IMG/VR virus record: IMGVR_UViG_3300044620_001904
Location: 31,262-95,261 of that record
Origin: a virus
Direction: 5' to 3' (one strand)
DNA: 64,000 nucleotides
Made by a program: the position numbers and the translations under genes. The notes below the pieces were generated by a model, which saw only the letters and a program-made list of their open reading frames with translations, had not been told where the DNA came from and did not search any database. Below, piece by piece: positions 1 through 10,496 of the stretch. Each line of letters starts with the position of its first letter. The stretch's first letter is position 1.

Positions 1-855
1 GAAAACACCTTTAACTAATTCGTGTAGTAAAATTGGAAAAGAAATACCTCTAGCTATAACAGTCGGTGGATCAGTTTCTGTGTCTATTTCAGATTGTCCC
101 GCTTGTCCTGAACCACCTGCGGCCATCATAGATGACATATCTTCGGGATAAATCCAATATAGGTGGTCTAAAATTGATTGAGACATACCGTATAATCTAA
201 TTAGCTCAGGGTGAATTCTATTTAATTCATCCGCTACTAATTGATACATATAGTGACCCTTTTTTGATGCTCCACCAATTAAAGCGTTAATAAACCTTCT
301 TTTTGCTTTTTGTTGGTCAAATTGTTCCATAGCATCCATAAAGGCCTCTAATTCGTCAGCGTTTTCGTTAGCACTTGCAAAAGCGTCCTTAATTTCTTCA
401 GGTGAAGGTTCTTCAGGTGACCCTTGCATGCCTTCAGACGCTCCCATCATCCCTGAAACTAATTGTGCGTCAAATTGTAAAGATCCTTCAGGTATTGCTA
501 ATTCCTTTTTAACAAGTTCTACCGCCAAATTTTCCAAAAATTCTTTATTATTGGATTCAATTTGAGATATTTTTGGAAATAATCTCATTGCAGATTGCAT
601 CAATCCCATGAGAACTCTTTGTGGAGGTCCTTGTATTGATGATGTATCACCCATAAATCTTCTTACATTTTCTACAGATTGTTTAAACCTCTGAGAGGAA
701 ATTAACTCAACAACATCTCTGTCTAATTTAGGAAGTCCAGGGTGACCTGCGTAAGGAGTAGTTTTAGATGTAATTTTTCTTTCTATACTTGGATCCATTC
801 TCTCTGGACCTTCGTAATCAATTGGTGCTTCTTTGATTGTTCTATATTTTGCCAT
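1..855 (-). CDS. hypothetical phage protein, 3' end runs off the window (MAKYRTIKEAPIDYEGPERMDPSIERK...)
   Basis: ATG at 855-853 just after the stop of the 865..1671 ORF; minus-strand frame appears open toward position 1. Confidence 0.7.
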   Translation of the reverse strand, partial: MAKYRTIKEAPIDYEGPERMDPSIERKITSKTTPYAGHPGLPKLDRDVVELISSQRFKQSVENVRRFMGDTSSIQGPPQRVLMGLMQSAMRLFPKISQIESNNKEFLENLAVELVKKELAIPEGSLQFDAQLVSGMMGASEGMQGSPEEPSPEEIKDAFASANENADELEAFMDAMEQFDQQKAKRRFINALIGGASKKGHYMYQLVADELNRIHPELIRLYGMSQSILDHLYWIYPEDMSSMMAAGGSGQAGQSEIDTETDPPTVIARGISFPILLHELVKGVF

Positions 856-864
856 AACTATTAA

Positions 865-1671
865 TTAAAAATTAAGACCAAGATTATCCCACTTTAACCA
901 TGTCGGTACTGATTTTTTTCCCGCTTTAGGTCTTGGGTTCACACCTGGTTTTGGACTAAATGGTGTTTTAGGTTTAGTAGTTGGTGTTTTTGGTTTTACT
1001 ATCGGCTCTGCAGTTTCTTGCTCATTTGTTTCCTTTTTTGACTTAGCTTTTGGATTTGGTTTAACTCCAGGTTTAGGACTAAATGGCGTTTTTGGTTTAA
1101 CCTTTTCCTTTTCTTTTTCCTTTGGTTTTGCTGGTGCGGTTTCCGTTTCAGAAATCATTTGTAAAAATTCTCCTTTTGTTATTTTTGGTTGAATGTGTTT
1201 TTCAAGCAAAGATATGATTTTTTCTTCTAAAAACAAATTTACGGGATCTTTTCCCTCTTTAATTGATTTTTTAACATCCATAACACATCTCTCATACTTT
1301 TTCTTATCTTTTCTACCAACAGATGCGGTGCAGATAGCCCAAGGATTATATTTTTTTGATTTCTTTTTACCTTCTTTCATTTCACCCTCATTTGGCGTTG
1401 CTGACATAGTACCATCAGTATTTTTTGTCATCGAATACCCTTTAGGTGATGAAGGTAAATTTCCACCTTTAGGTCCTATTTTATAGGAAGGTTTAGACGG
1501 TTCAGTGATTTGAGTGACCTGCTCTTTAGGTTCTTTCTTTCCTTCGTTTAGTTTGTTATATAACAATCTTAATTGAGATTCAGTTAAATTTGCTAATGTT
1601 TCTGCTTTAAGTCCCATGTCAATTAATTTAAATGCTAATTTATTCTTTTTCATAAACAACTTGTTTATCAA
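865..1671 (-). CDS. Lys/Pro-rich hypothetical protein with duplicated KPKTPFSPKPGV motif; probable virion protein
   Basis: 268-aa ORF in a co-directional run; the real start is probably MKKNK at 1653. Confidence 0.65.
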   Translation of the reverse strand: MINKLFMKKNKLAFKLIDMGLKAETLANLTESQLRLLYNKLNEGKKEPKEQVTQITEPSKPSYKIGPKGGNLPSSPKGYSMTKNTDGTMSATPNEGEMKEGKKKSKKYNPWAICTASVGRKDKKKYERCVMDVKKSIKEGKDPVNLFLEEKIISLLEKHIQPKITKGEFLQMISETETAPAKPKEKEKEKVKPKTPFSPKPGVKPNPKAKSKKETNEQETAEPIVKPKTPTTKPKTPFSPKPGVNPRPKAGKKSVPTWLKWDNLGLNF

Positions 1672-2053
1672 ATTCTAATACTATATCTCTTTCATATAGT
1701 TTATTTTTTATTGTTTTTTCATCCTCACCAAACCTGAATACTAATCTTTTTTCAATGTCAAAATTAACATCGGAATCTTCACTTTCCCAAGCCAATGCGA
1801 TCACGTCATCTAACGCATCGGTCATAGAAAAAAAATCGGAGTCCTGAATTAACGACAATTTAACTTCGTCATTTTTTAGAACTCCAACCTTTCTAATAAG
1901 TTCTATGTCAGGTGGTAAAGGGTTTCCGTTTGATGGTTTTGATTCCCAACTTTCATCCCAAACATCATCTTTAACATCAGAGAAAATAAATTCATAGATG
2001 TTGTCACCCTTATAATTCGGACCTAAACCATTAACATAAATTAGATAACTCAT
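1640..2053 (-). CDS. hypothetical phage protein
   Basis: 137-aa ORF overlapping both neighbours. Confidence 0.65.
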   Translation of the reverse strand: MSYLIYVNGLGPNYKGDNIYEFIFSDVKDDVWDESWESKPSNGNPLPPDIELIRKVGVLKNDEVKLSLIQDSDFFSMTDALDDVIALAWESEDSDVNFDIEKRLVFRFGEDEKTIKNKLYERDIVLEFDKQVVYEKE

Positions 2054-3474
2054 AGAATCGCTCCGTCAGGTGTTATTTTATATTGTTTTCCATTAACTTC
2101 AAAAACCAAATTTTTCTTATTTGTTTTTCCGACAAATGAAGCTTTTGAATATCTATCTAAAAATTTGGATGATGTTGATTCTTGAATATAAGTTTCTGAA
2201 AGATTTTTAACTTCTCTCATCGTTTTAATTTTTTTTGCTTTTTCGGTTAAAAATTTTCTTTTATTTTGTTCTTGCAAATATTTTTTTTCCGATTCAGTTT
2301 CAACAAAATAAGATTTTATAATACTATCAACTTTTGATTCTGAAAAAATGTCATCAAATACACCACCTAATCCTTCAATCTCATCTTCTTCCATCATTTC
2401 ACCCATCTTATTTTTGATTTCATTTGAAAACCTTCTTTTAACATAGTTGTTGAAATTCATCTCTTTTGTTTCTGATTTTGGTTTATCACTAAATCCTAAA
2501 TCATATTTACCACCAATTAAACCTTCGTATTGCTCTTCAGTGTCATCTTCATACATTTCCATTTCAGGTAATTGTTCCTCAGACCCTTCCAATCCATCTT
2601 CAGGTTGGTCAATTTCCATATCATCTGATGGTTCTTCCATTTCAGGTTCTTCATCAGATTGCATTTCAGAATCTTCTAATCTACCGATAATTTCTTCCAT
2701 ATCTTCATCAGATAGAACAGACAAATCAAGCGCTGATAAAATAGAATTAATAACATATTTTGTATCATCGGCAGAAATTGGCTCATCACCTTGATTTAAT
2801 TTCCTTAATTTTTGACCCAATTTACCTGTTAATTTTTGAATTGTTTTAAACGTAACAGTTCCTTCTCCATCAGTTTCGTCTTCAGATTTAGAACCCATAT
2901 CGGGTTCATCCATTGATAACTCGTCGTCCGGCATTTCTTCATCTGACGGTTCTTGCATTTGATCGTCCATCGGTGGAACTTCTGATTCAGCACCAGGAGC
3001 TGGTGGTAAATCTTCAGGTACCGGGGCAGAAGGTGTTTCAGCCGGAGCTGGTGATGGTTCAGGCATAGGAGCTGGAATATCAGGCATTTCGGGTTTTGGA
3101 GTTTTTAAAACAAACTTTTTTTGTTCTCCAAACAAAGAAACCCCACCGTCATTTCCTGTTGCGGTATTTATTTCTTTTGCAATTAAATTCAATCGTTTAA
3201 ATGCTTGAGAATATGATGAATAATATTTCCTATTTTTCATAGGCTCTAAATATTCAGTAACACCTTCACTAAGGGTTCTTTTTATTACGTATCCATTTTT
3301 TTCCTTATCAATACGATATACATTACCATCAGTTAATTGAATTGAATACTCGTTTGAAGTGTTTTCATTAACAGAATTTGGTTCAGCAAATCTATATTTG
3401 GATATTTCCAAAATTCGTGCGATTTTATCCTGACCTTCCAATTTTTCACTTCCTATCGGTTTTAATTTTCCCAT
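2050..3474 (-). CDS. acidic Pro/Glu/Asp-rich protein, possible head scaffold/core protein
   Basis: 474 aa with a long acidic low-complexity centre; TATTTATA motif upstream (~3521-3528). Confidence 0.55.
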   Translation of the reverse strand: MGKLKPIGSEKLEGQDKIARILEISKYRFAEPNSVNENTSNEYSIQLTDGNVYRIDKEKNGYVIKRTLSEGVTEYLEPMKNRKYYSSYSQAFKRLNLIAKEINTATGNDGGVSLFGEQKKFVLKTPKPEMPDIPAPMPEPSPAPAETPSAPVPEDLPPAPGAESEVPPMDDQMQEPSDEEMPDDELSMDEPDMGSKSEDETDGEGTVTFKTIQKLTGKLGQKLRKLNQGDEPISADDTKYVINSILSALDLSVLSDEDMEEIIGRLEDSEMQSDEEPEMEEPSDDMEIDQPEDGLEGSEEQLPEMEMYEDDTEEQYEGLIGGKYDLGFSDKPKSETKEMNFNNYVKRRFSNEIKNKMGEMMEEDEIEGLGGVFDDIFSESKVDSIIKSYFVETESEKKYLQEQNKRKFLTEKAKKIKTMREVKNLSETYIQESTSSKFLDRYSKASFVGKTNKKNLVFEVNGKQYKITPDGAIL

Positions 3475-3547
3475 TTTGTTTTTTTTAAAAAAAAGTTGAT
3501 AATCCTTTTAGATTTTTTAATATAAATATATCGTTGTTATCAATTAT

Positions 3548-5512
3548 TTAGTTTGACCTATCATATTGATCTAAAAATTGTTTCGCATACCTTATTCTTT
3601 TTGACATATTAGCTTCAAATATACCCATACGTTCATATTTTCTCGCAAATGTTTTAACCATATCTTTAAGATTATCTTGATTTATAAAATCATTATATGC
3701 ACTTTTTTCTGTAGTTTGTAATTCCTCCCAAATAAATTCCAATTGACCAATTGGATTTGATAATTCATACCCTTTTGATTGCATAAATTGTTTCAAACTA
3801 TCAAAACGTGTTTTATACCATTGAGCGAGTCCGAAAGCTTTTGACCTTTTATTTACCGCTGATGGATTTAGATTTGATTCCTGAAACAAATTTCCAGCAA
3901 TTGCCGCAGAATGTTCTTTAGTTAATCCTTTTTTAACGAAAAAGGAAATGACTTGATTAGAATTTATAGGGCCTGTTTGAGGTATTTCATTATAATCAAT
4001 TTCCTCTTCATATTCTATTTGAGATAGATCACTTTGCTCAAAACCTTTCAAAAGTAACAAGACATACAATTTTTTTAAGTCATCAGGCGCCGCAACGCCA
4101 GTTGCCGAAATATTGTTATTTTCTTGAAATACTTTAACAGCTCTTTGCGTTTCTGGCCCGAACAATCCGTCAACACCCCATCTAGGTAATGAATATCCCA
4201 AAAATTGCAAAGCTATCTGTAATTTTTCAACCTCAGGTTGATAAGGAATTTTTTTTCCTTGTAATTTTTCGTATTTAAATTGTTTTGCTGAGTTTGCAAT
4301 ATCTTTGAATTCATTCATAAATTTGGATCTTTCCGCTTGATCCATTAATTTTTGTAACTTGTCTGATTGAATTCCTTGACTTGAACTAACTGGACTTTTT
4401 TTACCTATTTGTAAATGGAAGTGTGGCGCGGTGGCGTGTTTTGAAGGTCTTGAATATTCGTCTATATAAGTAAATTCTGAATTTTTTTTCTTGTATTCAT
4501 CCATCACTTTAATAAATTTATTTCTTTCTGATGGGGGATCCACAGTTAAGTCAATTGCCAATCCTTTAGGATGTTTGCTATTCATTCCTTGGTGGTATTT
4601 ATCATTACCACCAGTTACTCTAACCTTGGCATTTGGACTTACTTGTTTAAAAGCGGTCAATATCTCAGAAACAGCTGTTGATATTTCCTTACTTATTTCA
4701 CCACCACTGGTTATTTCAGATCCTTTTTCTTCATACCCTAAATTATCTAGTGTTGATCTTAATTGTGATGAGCTTTCTGATAATGATAATTCTTTATCAA
4801 CCTTTTTTGTTTTGAAATCGAACAATTTCTCGATATGCCCACTTCTTCTCAAGTATTTGAATACAAGATTTTCATATGACATCTCACCTTTTTTTTCTAA
4901 ACCTGATTTGCGATATTGCTTTAATTTATCTTTTAATTTATCAATAATTTTCTTTGATTTTTGAAGGTCTTCTTCTTCGTTTGCATCATTTAAAACAGTA
5001 TCTATTTTTGATGCCCATTGGTCAATTTTAGTTTTCAAAATTGATTTATTAACTTCAAATTTTTCTTTTTTTGGTTTTTCCAACCATTCGTTTTTTATTA
5101 ACGAATAAACTCCAGTTGATGTGTGCTCTTCATTTTCATCTTGAACATATAATTCAACGTCATATCCATATATTTTTATGTTTTGGTCAGAATTAAATAT
5201 TGTTTTTTTTAATGTGAAAAGTTCCTTATATAAATCAATTTGTTTTTTTGAAAATTGATTAAAATCAGCAATGATGTGTAAGTCAAAATCCGAATACTGT
5301 GACCAATTATAATTCGCTAAAGATCCGGTAAGATGAACATCAGAAACAATAATATCAACCTTTAAAAATTGAATAAATTCATATGCAATCTCCAAAAGTT
5401 TTTCTCTAACCTTTGCGGATAAAACATAACTATTTTCAGCCGTTTTTTTCCAAATCTTTGAATTTAAATTATCTTGTAACTCAAAACTTTTAAGAATATT
5501 ACTAGTTTCCAT
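3548..5512 (-). CDS. multidomain protein: Pol-beta-type nucleotidyltransferase + peptidase M15-like + peptidoglycan-binding + phage tail lysozyme
   Basis: LTGSLANYNWSQYSDFDLH (GS..DxD); H..GLAIDL..HFH; GVDGLFGPETQRAVKVFQ; AAIAGNLFQESNLNP..GLAQW. Confidence 0.7.
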   Translation of the reverse strand: METSNILKSFELQDNLNSKIWKKTAENSYVLSAKVREKLLEIAYEFIQFLKVDIIVSDVHLTGSLANYNWSQYSDFDLHIIADFNQFSKKQIDLYKELFTLKKTIFNSDQNIKIYGYDVELYVQDENEEHTSTGVYSLIKNEWLEKPKKEKFEVNKSILKTKIDQWASKIDTVLNDANEEEDLQKSKKIIDKLKDKLKQYRKSGLEKKGEMSYENLVFKYLRRSGHIEKLFDFKTKKVDKELSLSESSSQLRSTLDNLGYEEKGSEITSGGEISKEISTAVSEILTAFKQVSPNAKVRVTGGNDKYHQGMNSKHPKGLAIDLTVDPPSERNKFIKVMDEYKKKNSEFTYIDEYSRPSKHATAPHFHLQIGKKSPVSSSQGIQSDKLQKLMDQAERSKFMNEFKDIANSAKQFKYEKLQGKKIPYQPEVEKLQIALQFLGYSLPRWGVDGLFGPETQRAVKVFQENNNISATGVAAPDDLKKLYVLLLLKGFEQSDLSQIEYEEEIDYNEIPQTGPINSNQVISFFVKKGLTKEHSAAIAGNLFQESNLNPSAVNKRSKAFGLAQWYKTRFDSLKQFMQSKGYELSNPIGQLEFIWEELQTTEKSAYNDFINQDNLKDMVKTFARKYERMGIFEANMSKRIRYAKQFLDQYDRSN

Positions 5513-5532
5513 TAATAGTAAATATCCTTTAT

Positions 5533-5775
5533 TTATGATTTTTTATAAGGATATGATTTTGCTATTTTTGAACTAAAGAATTTTCCTTGAGATTCAGACA
5601 TTCTAAACTGAGTATATATTTGATGTGGTACATTTTCATAGATATATTTTAAATCATTATTGAATGTAACCTCTAACAATTTGGTTTCAGTGTCATATTC
5701 AGTGTGTTTGATATTAGATGACTGAATGTCATTTATAATTTTTGTTCCTTTAATTTCTTCTTTTATAATTGCCAT
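5533..5775 (-). CDS. KTSC-domain protein
   Basis: SSNIKHTEYD..LEVTF..Y.Y.NVP..S.GKFF pattern. Confidence 0.85.
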   Translation of the reverse strand: MAIIKEEIKGTKIINDIQSSNIKHTEYDTETKLLEVTFNNDLKYIYENVPHQIYTQFRMSESQGKFFSSKIAKSYPYKKS

Positions 5776-5811
5776 AATTTTTTTGCAATAAAAATAAATA
5801 TGACATAAAAA

Positions 5812-5847
5812 AAGAAAACCCCTCTTTTTGGGGAGGGGTCTTGTTTT
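5812..5847. terminator. intrinsic terminator hairpin
   Basis: ACCCCTC-TTTTTGG-GAGGGGT flanked by A and T tracts. Confidence 0.6.
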
Positions 5848-5853
5848 AAAGTT

Positions 5854-6237
5854 TTAAAGTAAAGAAATTTTCTTTCGGACTTCCTTTTCACTTGGAGTCG
5901 GTATAAAAATGGCTAAAATACCGTCCTCAATTGTTGCTTCAAGTTTAGAAGTATCAACTTTATTTCCTAAATCATAAATTTTATGGAAAACCTTAGTTTT
6001 TTCACCATTTGATGTTTTATAAACCCTTTTTCCGTCAATGGTTAGTTTAGAACCCTCAACCTCTACTTTAAGATTTGATTTGTTAAAACCTGGCACTTCA
6101 AAAATTTGATAAAAACCATCCTCTGTTTTATAAAATTCATAATCCGTAGAAAAATAATTTTTACGTGTCGATTCAAAAAATTCTTTTGATAAGTCCTCAA
6201 AAGTTGTTGGTGTGAATAAAGAAATTGTGTTAAACAT
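5854..6237 (-). CDS. Hsp20/alpha-crystallin small heat shock protein
   Basis: EVPGFNKSNLKVEV..LTIDG..A.IEDGIL.I.IP. Confidence 0.85.
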   Translation of the reverse strand: MFNTISLFTPTTFEDLSKEFFESTRKNYFSTDYEFYKTEDGFYQIFEVPGFNKSNLKVEVEGSKLTIDGKRVYKTSNGEKTKVFHKIYDLGNKVDTSKLEATIEDGILAIFIPTPSEKEVRKKISLL

Positions 6238-6388
6238 ATTTTATAATAATTTAAAAGTTTATTTTGATAAACCGATTAGCAATATCTGTACCAAAATTAA
6301 AAACTGACAAAATGTCATATATGACCTGACAAATTGACACTGTTGAATTTATAAATCATATTACTATATTTTATAAAAAATTGTAATT

Positions 6389-8428
6389 ATGAACGAGACA
6401 ATGGATGACGGACCGTCACAAAGAAAAAAATCTGAAAACGATCACGGTACTCCTGTACTAGATAACTTTTCAAAAGATTTAATAAAATACGCAGAAGAAG
6501 GTAAATTAGACCCTGTTATTGGTAGAGATAAAGAAATTTTGAGAATCGCTCAAATTTTATCCCGAAGAAAAAAAAATAACCCCATTATAATTGGTGAGCC
6601 TGGTTGCGGAAAGACCGCAATTGTAGAGGGTTTAGCCATGAAAATTCAACAAGGTGAATGTCCGAGAAATTTATTAGATAAAAGGATTGTTCTTTTGGAC
6701 ATGACATCAATTGTTGCCGGAACAAAATATCGTGGTCAATTTGAAGAAAGGATGAAAGTTATAATCGAAGAACTTCAATCGCATCCAAATATTATTGTTT
6801 TTATTGATGAAATACATACAATAGTCGGCGCGGGTAATTCGTCAGGATCAATGGACGCATCAAACATATTTAAACCGGCATTGGCAAGAGGTGAAATACA
6901 GTGCATAGGTGCTACCACACTAGATGAATATCGCAAAAACTTTGAGAAAGATGGAGCTTTGGAAAGAAGGTTTCAAAAAGTCATAGTAGATCCATCAACA
7001 AAAGAAGAAACATTACAAATTCTACGAAATTCAAAATCAAAATACGAAGAATATCACAAAGTGATTTTTTCTGACGAAGTTTTAACATTATGTGTTGATT
7101 TGGCAGATAGATATATAACTGACAGAGAATTTCCTGACAAAGCGTTTGATATTATTGATGAAGTAGGGGCAAGAAGTCAAGTTGATGTAAAGATGCCAGA
7201 ATCAATAGAAAAGTTAAAACAAGAGGCTGCAGATATCAAACAATTAAAAATAGATGTTGTCAAAAGACAAAATTACGAACAAGCTGCAGAATTGAGAGAT
7301 AAAGAAAAAAAGGTTTTAAATAGACTAACCATTGAGAAACAAAAATTTGAGGAGGAAATGAACATAAATAAAAAAAATGTTCAAATTGAGTTGGTTTATG
7401 AGGTGGTTTCCAATATGACAAAAATTCCTGTTGGAAAATTAAACATTGATGACACCAAATCACTTATTAATTTGGAATCAATGATTGAAAGTAAAGTTAT
7501 TGGTCAAACTGAAGCGGTGAGCAAAATCTCAAAAGCTATTAGAAGAAATAGATTAGGAATTAAAGATCCAAATAGACCAATAGGGTCTTTTATCTTCCTA
7601 GGTAGTACTGGGGTGGGTAAAACACATTTGGCAAAACAATTGGCAAGAGAAATTTTCGGAAGCGAAGATTCATTAATTAGGGTTGATATGTCCGAGTTTC
7701 AGGAAAAACATTCAATATCAAGACTAATAGGGTCACCTCCCGGTTATGTTGGTTATGATGAAGGTGGTCAATTAACAGAACAAGTTAAAAACAAACCATA
7801 TTCTGTTGTTTTATTTGATGAAATTGAGAAGGCAAATAAAGACGTATTCTCAACTTTACTTCAAGTTTTAGACGATGGACATTTGACTGATGGACTCGGT
7901 CGTAAAATCAACTTTAAAAATTGTTTGATAATTATGACATCCAATCTTGGTGTAAAAAAAATACAAGATTTTGGAACAGGTATAGGTTTTCAAAAAAAGG
8001 ATTATATTGTTGAAGAACAAAAAAGGGATACACTAAAAAAAGAATTACAGAAATTTTTTGCACCTGAATTTTTAAACCGTATTGATGACATTATCGTATT
8101 TAACACGTTAAAAGAAGAACACGTTAAAGAAATTGTCAAAATTGAAATAGAAAAATTAAAAAGTAGATTATCCAAGATAAAATACAACCTATCATTTGAT
8201 GATACAATTATTGATATGATATCAAAAGTTGGTTTTGATGAAATGTATGGCGCTCGGCCTCTAAAAAGAGCAATACAAGATAAAATTGAGGATCATATTT
8301 CAGAAGAGGTTTTAAAAGGAAATATTTTAACAGATATCCAATATCTTGTTAAATCTGAAGATGATGAAATAAAAATTATTGAAGAAAAAAAACCAAAAAG
8401 GGGTAAATCAAAAAAGGAGGGTGAATAA
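6389..8428 (+). CDS. clpC: ClpC-like AAA+ Clp protease ATPase subunit lacking the N-terminal Clp-repeat domain
   Basis: two Walker A motifs (GEPGCGKT, GSTGVGKT), UVR-type M domain (QNYEQAAELRD), ClpP-docking IGF loop. Confidence 0.85.
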   Translation: MNETMDDGPSQRKKSENDHGTPVLDNFSKDLIKYAEEGKLDPVIGRDKEILRIAQILSRRKKNNPIIIGEPGCGKTAIVEGLAMKIQQGECPRNLLDKRIVLLDMTSIVAGTKYRGQFEERMKVIIEELQSHPNIIVFIDEIHTIVGAGNSSGSMDASNIFKPALARGEIQCIGATTLDEYRKNFEKDGALERRFQKVIVDPSTKEETLQILRNSKSKYEEYHKVIFSDEVLTLCVDLADRYITDREFPDKAFDIIDEVGARSQVDVKMPESIEKLKQEAADIKQLKIDVVKRQNYEQAAELRDKEKKVLNRLTIEKQKFEEEMNINKKNVQIELVYEVVSNMTKIPVGKLNIDDTKSLINLESMIESKVIGQTEAVSKISKAIRRNRLGIKDPNRPIGSFIFLGSTGVGKTHLAKQLAREIFGSEDSLIRVDMSEFQEKHSISRLIGSPPGYVGYDEGGQLTEQVKNKPYSVVLFDEIEKANKDVFSTLLQVLDDGHLTDGLGRKINFKNCLIIMTSNLGVKKIQDFGTGIGFQKKDYIVEEQKRDTLKKELQKFFAPEFLNRIDDIIVFNTLKEEHVKEIVKIEIEKLKSRLSKIKYNLSFDDTIIDMISKVGFDEMYGARPLKRAIQDKIEDHISEEVLKGNILTDIQYLVKSEDDEIKIIEEKKPKRGKSKKEGE

Positions 8429-8441
8429 CCCTCCTTTTTTT
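8410..8441. terminator. bidirectional terminator between convergent genes
   Basis: AAAAAAGGAGGGT-GAATA-ACCCTCCTTTTTT. Confidence 0.75.
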
Positions 8442-8446
8442 AAAAT

Positions 8447-9280
8447 TTAAAATGGACTATAAAACCTATCAGGTTTTTCCATTTTGAACCTGTATTTTTG
8501 ATTTCCAAGTCTTTCTATCATTTTCTTGCCGACCTCAATACCGTTATATACATCCTCTACAACAACATATTCATTTTTAGTATGATAATCATAATATCCT
8601 ATAGAAATATTTATGCAAGAAAAATCAAATAATTCCTTCAGTGCGTATACATCAGTATATGGGTGTGAAAAATAAGTTAACTTAGATGGAAATGATTCAA
8701 CCAAAACTTTATTACATTTTGAAAAAAAATCTGAATCTCTTTCAAAAAGGACTGTACCAAAACATCTTTCGGTTATCATCCAATTTTCAGGGGCATCAAA
8801 CTGAATAGCATACCCTACATTACTAAAAAAAGACACATCGGCTTTCCTTGAGCCGTGACATCCAGTTTCTTCTGAAACAAAAAACGCAGCCTTTAAAAAG
8901 GGTAGTTCTTTTAATAGTTCTAAACACGCATACACGCCACATTTATCATCTCCACCTATCCCTGTCGGATTTCCACTGTTATTGTAAGCTTTTAGTGATA
9001 ATTTATATTCACCTTGAGCATTTAGTTTTTGTTCTTCAACAACATTAATTGTGTCTATGTCATGAACAGTGTCTGTGTGTGATACAACGCAAGGGAAATA
9101 AAAATCATCATCAATATGTCCGCTTGTTTTTGTTGCATAAACATTCATATGATTATCAACCACATAATCAATTTTATTTTCGGCAAGCCAATTTACAATA
9201 AATTGAACCATCCTCTCTTCATTATAGGTTTTTGATGGTACCGATAATACGTCCTTTAATAATTGATAGTTTCTTTCCAT
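8447..9280 (-). CDS. M20/M28-family zinc metallohydrolase
   Basis: SHTDTV, GGDDKCG, SEETG and late HT motifs. Confidence 0.8.
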   Translation of the reverse strand: MERNYQLLKDVLSVPSKTYNEERMVQFIVNWLAENKIDYVVDNHMNVYATKTSGHIDDDFYFPCVVSHTDTVHDIDTINVVEEQKLNAQGEYKLSLKAYNNSGNPTGIGGDDKCGVYACLELLKELPFLKAAFFVSEETGCHGSRKADVSFFSNVGYAIQFDAPENWMITERCFGTVLFERDSDFFSKCNKVLVESFPSKLTYFSHPYTDVYALKELFDFSCINISIGYYDYHTKNEYVVVEDVYNGIEVGKKMIERLGNQKYRFKMEKPDRFYSPF

Positions 9281-9320
9281 TTCACAAATTTAGTAAATAT
9301 TTGTGACAAAAAAAAGTTTT

Positions 9321-10496
9321 TTATGATGGTGATATAGCTTTTGCCAATTTAGAAGTTTTATCAAAAACTTTTACCGCAGTGCCTAATCCAGGTGTTACAT
9401 TGTTTGCCAAATTCGTAGATTTTTTTTCTATTGCTTTAGAAACTTCTTTAGTCGAATACTTTTCTACACCTTTTTCAGCCGCTTTAACAGCAGTTTTACC
9501 ACTAAGAACCTCCAAATAGCTTATCGCCTTTAAGTAAAAATTCTTTAATCCAATTATCAATTCTCCAAAAATTGGAAGCTTTTCTAAAAAAGAAACAACT
9601 TTTCCAATAGTGTTTTTTAAAACCGATTCGAAATTAAATTTGGAAAAATATTTCATAACCTCAGGATTTCTCTTAACCCACAAAGATAGTTCTTGCAAAG
9701 TAGCAGTTTTTGAAATAGGAATTCGTTCGAATAACCCCCAAATATATTTACCTCCAGGCCCGAAAGTTATTACACCTGCAAGATCTGTCAATATATTGAT
9801 TATATCAAAATTACCTTTGCTTGCTTGATAAACATCCCATGATAACAATATACCCCAAACAATTTCAACGGCGATACCACCACCAAATAAATCAATAATC
9901 ACCTGTGAGGCCGCTCCAACACCTGATGTCATCGCCTCTCTGATTGATCTAAATACATAATCCCAACCTTCCTTTTTAATTGTTTCAACAAATCTATCAA
10001 TTTCATCCTTAGCTTTTGGGGTGGTCTTAACTAAATTATACATTTTGGTATAATCGACCGTATTATAGTCTCTAGCCATTACTGAGTAAAAACTATACCC
10101 TTGAGGACATTTCCAAGTTTTGGCTAGTAAGTTACTATTTAAACATATTTTATTATTTTTAATATCTTTACTTAATGACCCTGAAATTGTAGTACTACAA
10201 GCGTTACAAGGTTGTGACCCCCAACCCTTTTGGGATTTAATTAACTCTAATTGATACCCTAAATAAATTGCCGCTTTCTCAATCCAATCTCGTCTATCTT
10301 TTGCTTTCAGATTTGGAAACCCTTGAGGGTAATTAAAAATTTTTAAATCCTGTTGGGTTGGTTTATATCCGCTATATTTACCTAAGTTAGTTGGTATAAT
10401 TTTTTGATCAGGATTATTTTGAATCGCTTGTTGCTCTAACAGCCCATAAAGACCCAAAATATGGTTTTTTTCAGATTCAGAAATAACTAATTTCAT
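9321..10496 (-). CDS. hypothetical protein
   Basis: 391-aa ORF with MKLVISESEK N-terminus. Confidence 0.6.
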   Translation of the reverse strand: MKLVISESEKNHILGLYGLLEQQAIQNNPDQKIIPTNLGKYSGYKPTQQDLKIFNYPQGFPNLKAKDRRDWIEKAAIYLGYQLELIKSQKGWGSQPCNACSTTISGSLSKDIKNNKICLNSNLLAKTWKCPQGYSFYSVMARDYNTVDYTKMYNLVKTTPKAKDEIDRFVETIKKEGWDYVFRSIREAMTSGVGAASQVIIDLFGGGIAVEIVWGILLSWDVYQASKGNFDIINILTDLAGVITFGPGGKYIWGLFERIPISKTATLQELSLWVKRNPEVMKYFSKFNFESVLKNTIGKVVSFLEKLPIFGELIIGLKNFYLKAISYLEVLSGKTAVKAAEKGVEKYSTKEVSKAIEKKSTNLANNVTPGLGTAVKVFDKTSKLAKAISPS

